Shown here: positions 29,061-37,898 of the stretch, one piece after another | Layout of the letters: the number at the start of each line of letters is the position of its first letter | Numbering within the stretch: position 1 is the stretch's first letter | DNA from: an uncultured Candidatus Rokubacteria bacterium | GTDB taxonomy: Bacteria > Methylomirabilota > Methylomirabilia > Rokubacteriales > CSP1-6 | Assembly: GCA_963747235.1 (NCBI GenBank) | Contig: CAVVEU010000015.1 | Coordinates: 44,664-108,663, forward strand | DNA: 64,000 bases | Direction: 5' to 3' | Position numbers and translations under genes: made by a program | Notes under the pieces: generated by a model | What the model was told of the DNA's origin: nothing | Database searches by the model: none | Seen by the model: only the letters and a program-made list of their open reading frames with translations

Positions 29061-30449
29061 CTAGACGGTCGCGGACGCGGACGGGGTCTGGCGCGTGCGG
29101 CGGATGCGGGCCTGGATGTCGCGCACCCGGTCCTGCTCGAAGTCGATCTGCACCTCGTGGTTCTCCATCTCCCAGTGGCTCACGGTGGCGAACCAGCCGA
29201 ACCGCCGGCCGCGGTGCGGCACCAGGCGCTCGCCGCGGTAGATCACCGCGCGGATCTCGCCCGACGGCAGGCGCTGCTCCTCCTCGGGCGCGCTGCCCAC
29301 CAGCCGGATCACGTCCTCGTAGGTGGACTCGCCGGGCCGGATGCGCGCGAGCACCTCCTGCGACGGCACCTCGCCGCGGGCCCGCCCGGTGGCCTCGCCG
29401 CGCCCGACGTGCACCCGGTCGCGCAGGGTCCGGATGAGCTTGCGGAGCACGTTGCCGACGATCGGCCCGGTGAGATTGCCCAGGCCCAGCAGCAGCGCGG
29501 AGAGGAGGATGGGCCGCCAGGGCAGCCGCCCCTGGAAGTAGACGAACTGCACCTTCAGCACCTGCGGCACGATGCCGTCCGCGGCGATGAGGGGGATCGA
29601 GAACGTGTCCGTGTTCTCCCGCGTCTCGCTCAGCCGGCGGAGCGCGGTGGCCGGGATCACCTCGTCGATCTTGAGGTGGTTCGCCTCCGCGAAGTTGATC
29701 ATGAGGCGGGAGAAGTCGGCCGCGAGCGGGATGACGCGGTCGCGGTTGCCGTAGTAGAGCGGGTAGAGCGAGGAGTAGCCGACGTCGCCGAAGCTCAGCG
29801 TGATGATGTTGCGCCGGCCCCAGAACGCCTCTTCCAACCAGCTGACCCTTCGCGGCGTGATGGCGCCCTTGGCCGCGAGCTCGAGCCGCGGGATCCAGTC
29901 GAGGCTCGCCAGCTCGGGCTTCCACGGGATGCGGATGTAGGTCGCGGGCTTCGCGCCCCGGGCGAGCCCCTCCGGCCGCGCGAAGGTGACGAAGAAGGCG
30001 CTCCCGAGATCGCGCCGGCCGGCCGCGCCCGCGCCGGTGCCCATCTGGAGCCGGTCGCGGGCCGAGAACGGGACGCGGCCGTGCACGAGCACCTTGAAGC
30101 CGGCGGTCTCCACCTGCTTCCTCAGCGCGGGATCGGCGCCGTCGACGCCGTCGGTGCCGACCAGCTCACCCGGCCAGAGGAGGAAGATGTCCTGGGCGAA
30201 CTCGGACGGGTCGCGCGCCGGCGGCGGCGCCACGCTGAACGACACGATGATCGAGAGCGGGCCGGGACGGTCGTCCACGTGCCGGCGCTCGACGTTCGCG
30301 GTGATGAGGACCGGCGCGATCCAGAACTCGGGATGGGGCTTGGACGCGATGAAGACCTGCGCGGAGGCGATCGCGGGGCAGAGGCCAAGGGCCCCCGTGA
30401 TCCAGATCGCCGCCGCGACCGCGCGCGTCAGGCGCCGGTGACGGATCAC
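29061..30449 (-). CDS. Hypothetical exported/membrane protein with C-terminal SmpA/OmlA-like segment
   Basis: Signal peptide, TM WRPILLSALLLGLG, C-term IRPGESTYEDVIRLVG; GTG start. Confidence 0.6.
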   Translation of the reverse strand: MIRHRRLTRAVAAAIWITGALGLCPAIASAQVFIASKPHPEFWIAPVLITANVERRHVDDRPGPLSIIVSFSVAPPPARDPSEFAQDIFLLWPGELVGTDGVDGADPALRKQVETAGFKVLVHGRVPFSARDRLQMGTGAGAAGRRDLGSAFFVTFARPEGLARGAKPATYIRIPWKPELASLDWIPRLELAAKGAITPRRVSWLEEAFWGRRNIITLSFGDVGYSSLYPLYYGNRDRVIPLAADFSRLMINFAEANHLKIDEVIPATALRRLSETRENTDTFSIPLIAADGIVPQVLKVQFVYFQGRLPWRPILLSALLLGLGNLTGPIVGNVLRKLIRTLRDRVHVGRGEATGRARGEVPSQEVLARIRPGESTYEDVIRLVGSAPEEEQRLPSGEIRAVIYRGERLVPHRGRRFGWFATVSHWEMENHEVQIDFEQDRVRDIQARIRRTRQTPSASATV

Positions 30450-31467
30450 CGGGTCGGGTCCTCCCCCACGCGCACGAGCAGCTTGCCGAAGTTCTTGCCC
30501 TGCAGGAGCCCGATGAAGGCCTCCGGCGCCTTCTCGAGGCCGACCACGACGTCCTCGCGGTGCTTGAGCCGGCCCTCGCGCACCCAGCCGCCGCAGTCCT
30601 TCAGGAAATCGGGCAGCCGGGCCAGGTGGTCCGAGACGATGAAGCCCTTCACGAGCACGCGGTTGAAGAGCAGCGGACGCAGGTTCGGGCCGGGCACCGA
30701 GTCGGTCGCGTTGTACTCGGAGATGAGCCCGCAGAGGGGGATGCGCGCGTTCATGTTGAGGAGCTGCATCACCGCGGCCAGCACGTCGCCGCCCACGTTC
30801 TCGAAGTACACGTCGATGCCGCTTCGGGCAGGCGTCCCTGAGCGCGGCGAGGAGATCGCCCGTCTTGTAGTTCACGCAGGCGTCGAAGCCGAGCTCGCGC
30901 ACGACGTAGTCGCACTTGTCCTGGGAGCCCGCGATGCCCACCGCGCGGGCGCCCTTGATCTTCGCGATCTGCCCCACCGCGGAGCCCGACCGCGCCGGAG
31001 GCCGCCGAGACCACCACCGTCTCGCCGGGCTTCGGCTGGCCGATGTCGAGGAGGCCCACGTAGGCGGTCATGCCGGGCATGCCGAGCACGCCCAGCGCGG
31101 TGGACACCGGCGCCTGCTTCGGATCGAGCGTGCGCACCGCCGCGCCGGGAGCCACCGCGTGGGATTGCCAGCCGGCGTAGCCCTGCACGATATCGCCCTT
31201 CGCGAGGCCCGGGTGCTTCGACTCGAGCACTTCCCCGACGGTGGCGCCCACGATCACCTGCCCGAGCTCCACCGACTGCGCGTACGACTTGGCGCCGCTG
31301 ATGCGGCCGCGCATGTACGGATCGAGCGAGAGGTAGATGGTCCGGGTCAGGATCTCGCCGTCCTTCGGCGCGGGCAGCGGCGACTCGACGAGGTCGAAGT
31401 CGGCGGGCTTCGGCATGCCGACGGGACGGCGGCGGAGCACGATCTGGCGGTTCACGGATGCGGGCAT
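30446..31467 (-). CDS. NADP-dependent oxidoreductase (CurA/prostaglandin reductase family), frameshifted
   Basis: YLSLDPYMRG, GMPGMTAY, VSAASGAVG, YFENVGG, GKNFGK. Confidence 0.9.
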
Positions 31468-31492
31468 GGCCTGGCTCCTCGTGGCGCGCCGG

Positions 31493-32485
31493 TCAGCGCG
31501 GGTCGTCGCCCCAGCGGTACTCGCGGGTCATCTCGTCGAGGCGCGCCTTGAGCGCGGCGTCCAGCGGCTTCTCGGTGGCGGGCAGCACGTCGTCGAGCTG
31601 CTCCGGGCGGCTCGCCCCCACGATCGGCGACGTGATCGCGGGCTCGGCCAGCATCCACGCCACCGCGAGCCGCGCGAGCGGCATGCCGGCCGCGGCGGCG
31701 AGCGGCCGCAAGCGCCTCCACGGTCTCGAACTCGCGCTCGTGCCAGTAGCGGTCCTGGTAGCGCTCCGCCGCGTTGCCGAGCGTGAAGCGGGTGCCCGCG
31801 GTGGGGCCGGCGTCCCGGCGATGCTTGCCCGAGAGGAAGCCGCCGGCCAGCGGGTTGTACGGGATCACCCCGATGCCCTCCTCGCGGCAGAGGGGCAGGA
31901 GCTCGCGCTCGGGCTGGCGGAAGAGCAGATTGTAGCGCGGCTGAACTGAATCGAAGCGCGTGAGGTTGAGCGCCTCGCTCGACCGAGGGCGCGCGCCACC
32001 TGGTAGGCGTGGAAGTTCGAGCAGCCGACGTAGCGCGCCTTCCCGGCCCGCACCACGTCGTCGAGCGCGCGCAAGGTCTCGTCGATCGGCGTCTGGGGGT
32101 CGAAATGGTGGAGCTGATAGAGATCCACGTAGTCGGTGCGCAGGCGGCGCAGCGAGCCGTCGATGGCGTCCAGGATGTGCTTGCGCGAGGCGCCGCGATC
32201 CCACGGCCGCGCGCTCATCGCGCCCACGCACTTGGTGGCCACCACGAAGTCCTGGCGGCGGCCCTCGAGCCAGCGGCCGACGATCTCCTCGGTGCGGCCC
32301 ACCGTCTCGAGGCCGCCGCCCACCGGGTAGACGTCGGCGGTGTCGAGGAAGGTGATCCCGCCCGCCGCGGCGCGGTCGAGGATGGCGCGGGACGCCGCCT
32401 CGTCGCACTGCAGGCCGAAGGTCATGGTGCCCAGGCAGAGCCGCGAGACGGAGAGACCGGTGCGACCGAGACGCGTGTGGCGCAT
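31493..32485 (-). CDS. Aldo/keto reductase (frameshifted)
   Basis: LCLGTMTFG, DTADVY, DYVDLYQLH, GCSN, YNPLAGG, IVGAS. Confidence 0.9.
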
Positions 32486-32559
32486 GGAGATCAAAGAGTA
32501 AACGACCCACCCGCGGCGGGCAAGCGGGCCGCGCGCGGACCGTGGTATAACCAGCGGCC

Positions 32560-33555
32560 ATGGAATACCGAACGCTGGGACGAACGGGATTGAAGGTCTC
32601 CGCGCTGGGCTTCGGCTGCGGCGACGTGGGCGGGCTCATGGTGCGGGGCACGCCGGCCGAGCGGGAGCGCGGGGTCGCGCGCGCGCTGGAGCACGGGATC
32701 AACTACCTCGACACCGCGCCGGCCTACGGGTCGGGCGAGTCGGAGAAGAACCTGGGCCAGGTGCTGCGCGCGCTCAAGCCCACCGCGCCCACCGCGATCG
32801 TCGGCACCAAGTGGCGGCTCGTGGCCGCCGATCTGGCCGACGTGCCGGGCGCGGTCACGCGCTCCGTGGAGACGAGCCTCGCGCGGCTCGGGCTCGAGCG
32901 GGTGGACCTGCTGCATCTCCACAACCTGATCGGGCGCGTGGGCGAGGAGCGGCCGCTCGGGGTGGCGCGCGTGCTGGAGGCGGTGGTGCCGGCGGTGCGG
33001 CGGCTGCAGGAGCAGGGCAAGGTGCGCTTCTTCGGGGTCACCGCCTCCGGCGAGACCGGCGCGCTCCATCGCGCGCTGGCGAGCGGGGCGATCGACACCG
33101 CGCAGGTGGTGTTCAACCTGCTGAACCCGACGGGGGCGTACGCGCTACCGGTCGGCTATCCCGCGCAGGACTACGATCGGCTGCTGGTGCTCGCGCGCGA
33201 GCAGGGCGTGGGCACCATCGGCATCCGGGTGCTCGCGGGGGGCGCGCTCAGCGGGCAGGCGGCGCGCCACCCGACCGCGATTCCGAGCGTGGCCCCGATC
33301 GCCTCGGGCCCCGACTACGCCACCGACGTGGCCCGGGCCCGCGCGCTCGAGCCGCTGGTGGCCCAGGGCCACGCGGGCAGCGTCGTCGAGGCCGCGCTGC
33401 GCTTCGCGATCACGGGCGACGCCCTGTCCACCGTGCTGATCGGCTGCTCCGACCTCGCCCAGCTCGACTTCGCCGCCACCGCGGTCAACAAGGGCCCCCT
33501 CTCCCCCGCGGCCCTGTCCACGCTCAACGCCATCTGGAATGGGGTCAGGTCTTGA
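32560..33555 (+). CDS. Aldo/keto reductase
   Basis: LGRTGLKVS, DTAPAYG, DLLHLHN. Confidence 0.9.
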   Translation: MEYRTLGRTGLKVSALGFGCGDVGGLMVRGTPAERERGVARALEHGINYLDTAPAYGSGESEKNLGQVLRALKPTAPTAIVGTKWRLVAADLADVPGAVTRSVETSLARLGLERVDLLHLHNLIGRVGEERPLGVARVLEAVVPAVRRLQEQGKVRFFGVTASGETGALHRALASGAIDTAQVVFNLLNPTGAYALPVGYPAQDYDRLLVLAREQGVGTIGIRVLAGGALSGQAARHPTAIPSVAPIASGPDYATDVARARALEPLVAQGHAGSVVEAALRFAITGDALSTVLIGCSDLAQLDFAATAVNKGPLSPAALSTLNAIWNGVRS

Positions 33556-33624
33556 ATTACGACATTTCCGCGCAGGGCTGACTCGCCCGGCGCGGGAAAA
33601 TGTCGTAATTCAAGACCCGACCCC
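33541..33624. repeat. REP/MITE-like inverted repeat element
   Basis: 27-bp arms GGGGTCAGGTCTTGAATTACGACATTT / AAATGTCGTAATTCAAGACCCGACCCC (1 mismatch) plus an inner hairpin, between convergent genes. Confidence 0.85.
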
Positions 33625-33627
33625 GGC

Positions 33628-34698
33628 TTAGCGGTTCGGGCCGCGGCCCATCGGGTAGGGCTGCCAGCGGATCAGGGAGGTCTTGGGGAGGACGCCGGGG
33701 TTGACCGCGGAGCGGGGCCACTTGCCCTGCAGCACGGTGGCGAGCTCGCGGCCGAGCCGCCGCCGCGTCTCGGGCGCCATGCGCGCGGTGGCGGAGGCGA
33801 TGTGCGGGCTCACCAGCACGTTGTCCATGTGCAGCAGCGCGTTGTTGGGATCCACCGGCTCCACCTCGAACACGTCGAGCGCGGCGCCCGCGATCCAGCC
33901 CTGGCGGAGCGCGTCGGCCAGGGCCGCCTCGTTCACGGTCGGCCCCCGCCCGTTGTTGATGAAGATCGCGCTCTTCTTCATGGCGCGGAACTCACGCTCG
34001 CCCATCATGTGGCGCGTCTCGGAGTTGAGCGGCGCGTGCATGGACAGGAAGTCGGCGCGCTGGCACAGCTCGATCAGGCTCGTCACCGGCTCCACCCCCA
34101 CCGCGGTCATCTCGAGCTCGGCGAGGAACGGGTCGAAGGCGATCACCCGCAGGCCGAAGGCGTGGCAGCGGCGCGCGACCGCCTTGGCCACGTTGCCGAA
34201 CGAGATCAGGCTGATGGTCTGGCCGAAGAGCCGCGGGATGTTCGTGAAGTACGGCCGCCCCTCGGTCCACTTGTTGTCGACGGTCAGCTGGTGCATCAAG
34301 CGGAGCCGGCGATGGGCGGCGAGGAACATGGCCATGGTGTGGTCGGCCACCTCGTCGATGAAGACGTCGGGCACGTTGGTGACCACGATGCCGGCCTCGG
34401 TGGCCGCGTCCACGTCCACCGTGTCCGCGCCCACGCTGCCGAGCCCGATGACCTTGCAGTTTTGCAGGCCCTTGATGATGGTCGCGGTGATGCGCCGGTT
34501 GCGCGCGATGACCGCGTCGGCGTCCTGGGCCGCCGCGATGAACTCCTCCTCGGTCTTGGCCGGCACCTCGACGATCTCGGCGCCGATGGGATCGAGGGCC
34601 TCGCGCTCGATCGAGTAGGCCGAATCGGCCAGGTCATAGGTGATGCCGCCCGACGGCTTCTGCACGACGATCTTGAACTTCCTGGCTCCGGCTGCCAT
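33628..34698 (-). CDS. D-isomer-specific 2-hydroxyacid dehydrogenase (CtBP-like)
   Basis: TNVPDVFIDEVADH, MHAPL, INNGRG, ALDVFEVEP, SPHIA. Confidence 0.9.
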   Translation of the reverse strand: MAAGARKFKIVVQKPSGGITYDLADSAYSIEREALDPIGAEIVEVPAKTEEEFIAAAQDADAVIARNRRITATIIKGLQNCKVIGLGSVGADTVDVDAATEAGIVVTNVPDVFIDEVADHTMAMFLAAHRRLRLMHQLTVDNKWTEGRPYFTNIPRLFGQTISLISFGNVAKAVARRCHAFGLRVIAFDPFLAELEMTAVGVEPVTSLIELCQRADFLSMHAPLNSETRHMMGEREFRAMKKSAIFINNGRGPTVNEAALADALRQGWIAGAALDVFEVEPVDPNNALLHMDNVLVSPHIASATARMAPETRRRLGRELATVLQGKWPRSAVNPGVLPKTSLIRWQPYPMGRGPNR

Positions 34699-34808
34699 GC
34701 CGACGACCTCCTGGATGGTCTGGGGTGGGTATCGCGGTCCGCGGCCACCAAGCATACGCTCCCCCCGGCCCTGCCGTCGAGGCCCTCTTGTGCTAGGGTG
34801 GCGCTGCC

Positions 34809-35603
34809 ATGCTCGTCGGCGCCTTCGCGGTCGCGCATACCCCGCAGCTCCTGATCCGCCCGGAGACCGAGGACCGCGACCTGGTGCTGCGCGTCCACGC
34901 GGCGATGGGGCGGGTCAAGCGGCGCCTCCAGGAGCTGCGGCCCGACGCGATCGCGATCGTCGCGGGCGACCACGTCGAGGCGTTCTTCCTGGACGCGGTG
35001 CCCGCGCTCGCGGTCTACGTGGGGCGCGAGTGCTCCGGCACCTTCGGCCCCTACCGCTACCGCCTCGACATCCACGAGCCGCTCGCGCGCGCGGTCGTCG
35101 AGCAGGGCATCGAGCGCGGCTTCGATCTCCTCTACACCCAGGACGCCAAGCTCGACTACGCCTTCTACGTGCCGCTGCACTTCGTGATGCCGGAGCCCGC
35201 GCGGCCCATCGTCCCGCTGCACGTCAACGTGTACCTGCCGCCCCAGCCGACGCCCGCGCGCTGCCACGCCTGGGGCGTGGCGCTCGGCGAGATCCTCCGC
35301 GCGCGCCCGGAGCGCGTGGCCCTCATCGCCTCGGGCGGCATGTCGCACTTCCCGGGCACCGACCGCTACGCCTCGCCCGAGTTCGACTACGACCGCGGCC
35401 TGCTCGAGCTGCTCCGCGAGGGGCGCGGCCGCGAGCTCGCGCGCGTCACCGGGGAAGAGCTCGACAAGCGGGGCAACATCGAGCTGCGCACCTGGATCAC
35501 CCTGCTGGGCGCGGTGGGCGACGCGCGCGCGGACGTGTACTGCTACGAGCCCTCGTGGCATCACGGCAACGCGGTGGTGGAATGGCCGCTCCCGCCCGCG
35601 TGA
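34809..35603 (+). CDS. Extradiol ring-cleavage dioxygenase class III, LigB-like subunit
   Basis: AHTP, GDH, SGGMSHFPG, GNIELRTW metal/catalytic residues. Confidence 0.85.
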   Translation: MLVGAFAVAHTPQLLIRPETEDRDLVLRVHAAMGRVKRRLQELRPDAIAIVAGDHVEAFFLDAVPALAVYVGRECSGTFGPYRYRLDIHEPLARAVVEQGIERGFDLLYTQDAKLDYAFYVPLHFVMPEPARPIVPLHVNVYLPPQPTPARCHAWGVALGEILRARPERVALIASGGMSHFPGTDRYASPEFDYDRGLLELLREGRGRELARVTGEELDKRGNIELRTWITLLGAVGDARADVYCYEPSWHHGNAVVEWPLPPA

Positions 35604-35613
35604 GCCCGATCGC

Positions 35614-35892
35614 ATGAGCGAGGCCGCCCACTACCGCTTCCCGCCGTCCGAGGCCTACCGGCTCAACCGCTGCCTCTACGCGCTCAAGTCCGACCCGGCC
35701 TTCATCGAGCGCTTCCTCGCCGATCCGGTCGCGGCCACCGTCGAGATGGGCCTGACCGACGGCGAGCGGGCCGACCTGCGCCGCATGGATCGCGACGCGC
35801 TGGTGGCCCGCGGCGCCCATCCCTACCTGGTCTTCATGGCCGGGCTGCGGCTCAAGATGGCGGCCGAGCCCGGCGCGCTCGAGTACTTCTAG
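35614..35892 (+). CDS. LigA-like small subunit
   Basis: YRLNRCL...RFLADP...GLTDGER...GAHPYL pattern; adjacent to LigB. Confidence 0.75.
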   Translation: MSEAAHYRFPPSEAYRLNRCLYALKSDPAFIERFLADPVAATVEMGLTDGERADLRRMDRDALVARGAHPYLVFMAGLRLKMAAEPGALEYF

Positions 35893-36287
35893 CCGCTCGA
35901 CACCTCGAGGCGCGTGGCGACCAGCTTCGCGCCGCGCTCCTCGTAGAACGCCTTCACCTTCGCGCCCTCCTGGAGATCGGCGAACCGTGCCTCCCGGCCG
36001 TTCACCTGGATCAGGGTCTCGGGGACGACCTCGAGGGTCTTGCCGAGCAGGCCCAGAAAGATCGAGACGTCCACGCTCTCGGTCCGCCCGTCCACCCGCG
36101 TGAGCGTGCCCTCGATCATGCCGGGCGCCCGCACGAGCCGGTCCAGGCGCGGCCCGGACGGCTGCAGCGGGTGGGGCTGGCCCTGCGCAAATCCCCGTTC
36201 GGTCGAGACCACCAGCAGCGCGAGCCCGAGCATCGCCCCGAGCAGTGGGCCGAGCACTGGCCCGAGCATTGGATTCTCTCGCGTCAT
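35889..36287 (-). CDS. Exported small beta-barrel hypothetical protein
   Basis: GGAGG RBS, signal/TM segment, DLQEGAKVKAFY OB-like repeat. Confidence 0.6.
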   Translation of the reverse strand: MTRENPMLGPVLGPLLGAMLGLALLVVSTERGFAQGQPHPLQPSGPRLDRLVRAPGMIEGTLTRVDGRTESVDVSIFLGLLGKTLEVVPETLIQVNGREARFADLQEGAKVKAFYEERGAKLVATRLEVSSG

Positions 36288-36340
36288 GACGTGTCCTCCC
36301 GTTCCGCGAGGCGTTGGCCCCGCTTCCGCATAGAGACACA

Positions 36341-36355
36341 GCAAGGGCGATACCA
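36341..36355 (-). promoter_or_regulatory. Putative sigma54 promoter
   Basis: Minus strand TGGTAT-CGCCC-TTGC, ~55 nt upstream of ATG 36287. Confidence 0.55.
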
Positions 36356-36479
36356 GGCCCGGCAATCGAGGGGTCGAAGGCCCGATTGGGGAGCCCGGGC
36401 GCTCATCAGGATGTAAGGCTTACACGCGATGGGAACGTAAGATGTTCCGGTGAGGTTCCACATCGTGAGAGGAGGCGAG

Positions 36480-36653
36480 ATGCGACGACGCTATCGACGG
36501 CTGGCCCGGAGGTTCCGGTCCATCGCCTTCATCGCCACCGTGTTCCGCACCTACCGGGCGGCCCGGCGGCGAGGCCAGACTCGCCTCACCGCGCTGCGCT
36601 TCGGCCGCGCGGTGGCCCAGTGGCGGCGCCACAACGGGGCCGCGCATTCGTAG
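36480..36653 (+). CDS. Small Arg-rich hypothetical protein
   Basis: AGGAGG RBS before ATG 36480; 57 aa. Confidence 0.45.
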   Translation: MRRRYRRLARRFRSIAFIATVFRTYRAARRRGQTRLTALRFGRAVAQWRRHNGAAHS

Positions 36654-37111
36654 ACGCGCGCTGCTCCGCCTGGCGCTGGCCGGCCTCGCGGCGGGGACGC
36701 CGGCCCTGGCCCGCGCGCAGACCCCGGCCTCGGTCGCGACCGCCGCGCCGGAGCCGGTGACGCGCGAGCTGCAGCAGGCGCTCACCGCCGCCACCGAGCG
36801 CTTCCAGGCGCTGGACTCGCCGGGCGTGCTCGCCCACGTGTCCGAGCAGTACCGCAACGGGCCCTTCACCAAGCCGGCGCTCCGCGAGCACCTGCTGGCC
36901 ATGTTCACCCTCTACGACACGGTGCGCGCCCGCATCCGCGTGGACGAGGTGCGTCTGGTGGACGGCGCCGCGTGGGTCTTCTCGACCGGCGAGATCACGG
37001 GGCGCCTCCGCGGCATCGGCCTCTGGACCTCCGCGCTCGACCTGGGAGCGCGAGCCCGACGTCGCCCGCAAGGAGAACGGCGCCTGGCGCCTGGTCGGAC
37101 CGGGCCCCTAG
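36634..37111 (+). CDS. Tat-exported NTF2-like protein (frameshift near 37040)
   Basis: RRRALLRL signal, helix/strand pattern ending ENGAWRLVG; start uncertain. Confidence 0.55.
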
Positions 37112-37124
37112 TCCAGGGGCCGCC

Positions 37125-37833
37125 CTAGAAGAACGGCGAGTAGTACTGGCGGAAGGCGCGGAAGTACGGGACGCCGCTGACGCCGCAGAGCGGCGCGGCG
37201 TGAAAGCGCTCGTCGCGCGGGTCGAAGCGGACGATCCCCGGCTCCGTCCGGATCGTTGGGGTCGTAGACGATGAAGTCCACCGCGTCCGCGCCGTCCGCG
37301 CGGTAGTCGAAGGCCAGCACCGAGTGGTTGAACTTGATCCGCGGGAAGTCGGTCACGAAGAGCTGCACCGGCCGCCCCGCCCGTAGCTCGGCCACCGTCT
37401 CGCGCGCCACCCGCTCCTGCTGCCCGGGCAGCGACGGGAACGTCATCCGCCAGTTCGTCCAGTGCACGAGCGTCCAGAAGCGCCCCCGCAGCCCATCCTT
37501 GACCGCGGCCACCTCCGCGCGGGTGAAGGCGTGGAGCGACGCGTAGCCCGGAATGACGATGCGCTCGGCGGCGGGCAGCGGCGCCCGCCACGCGCCGCGC
37601 CGCGTGACCCGGTGGACGAGCTCCGCGTACGCGGCGGACGCCAGGCGCGGCTCCTCCGGCGCGAAGCGCGCGAAGCGCCGGAACTGCCCGACCGCGCGCG
37701 CCATCAGGAAGCAGCGATTGCAGTACATGTCGGGCTGGCCGCGGTGGTGGATGCGGCTGTCGTTGCGGAAGGCGAAGGTGTCCACGCCGAAACCCAGCAC
37801 CGGGCCCGACGACGGACGGGGAAGGGCGAGCAT
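37125..37833 (-). CDS. Hypothetical protein with papain-like Cys/His/Asp pattern (frameshift near 37245)
   Basis: DTFAFRN, YCNRCF, NHSVLAF, VYDPN; TATAAT upstream. Confidence 0.6.
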
Positions 37834-37898
37834 CGCGACGCTGATTATACGGTATGCTACGGCGCGCCGCCCGGAGGCGGCCACGGGAGGAATCGGAT

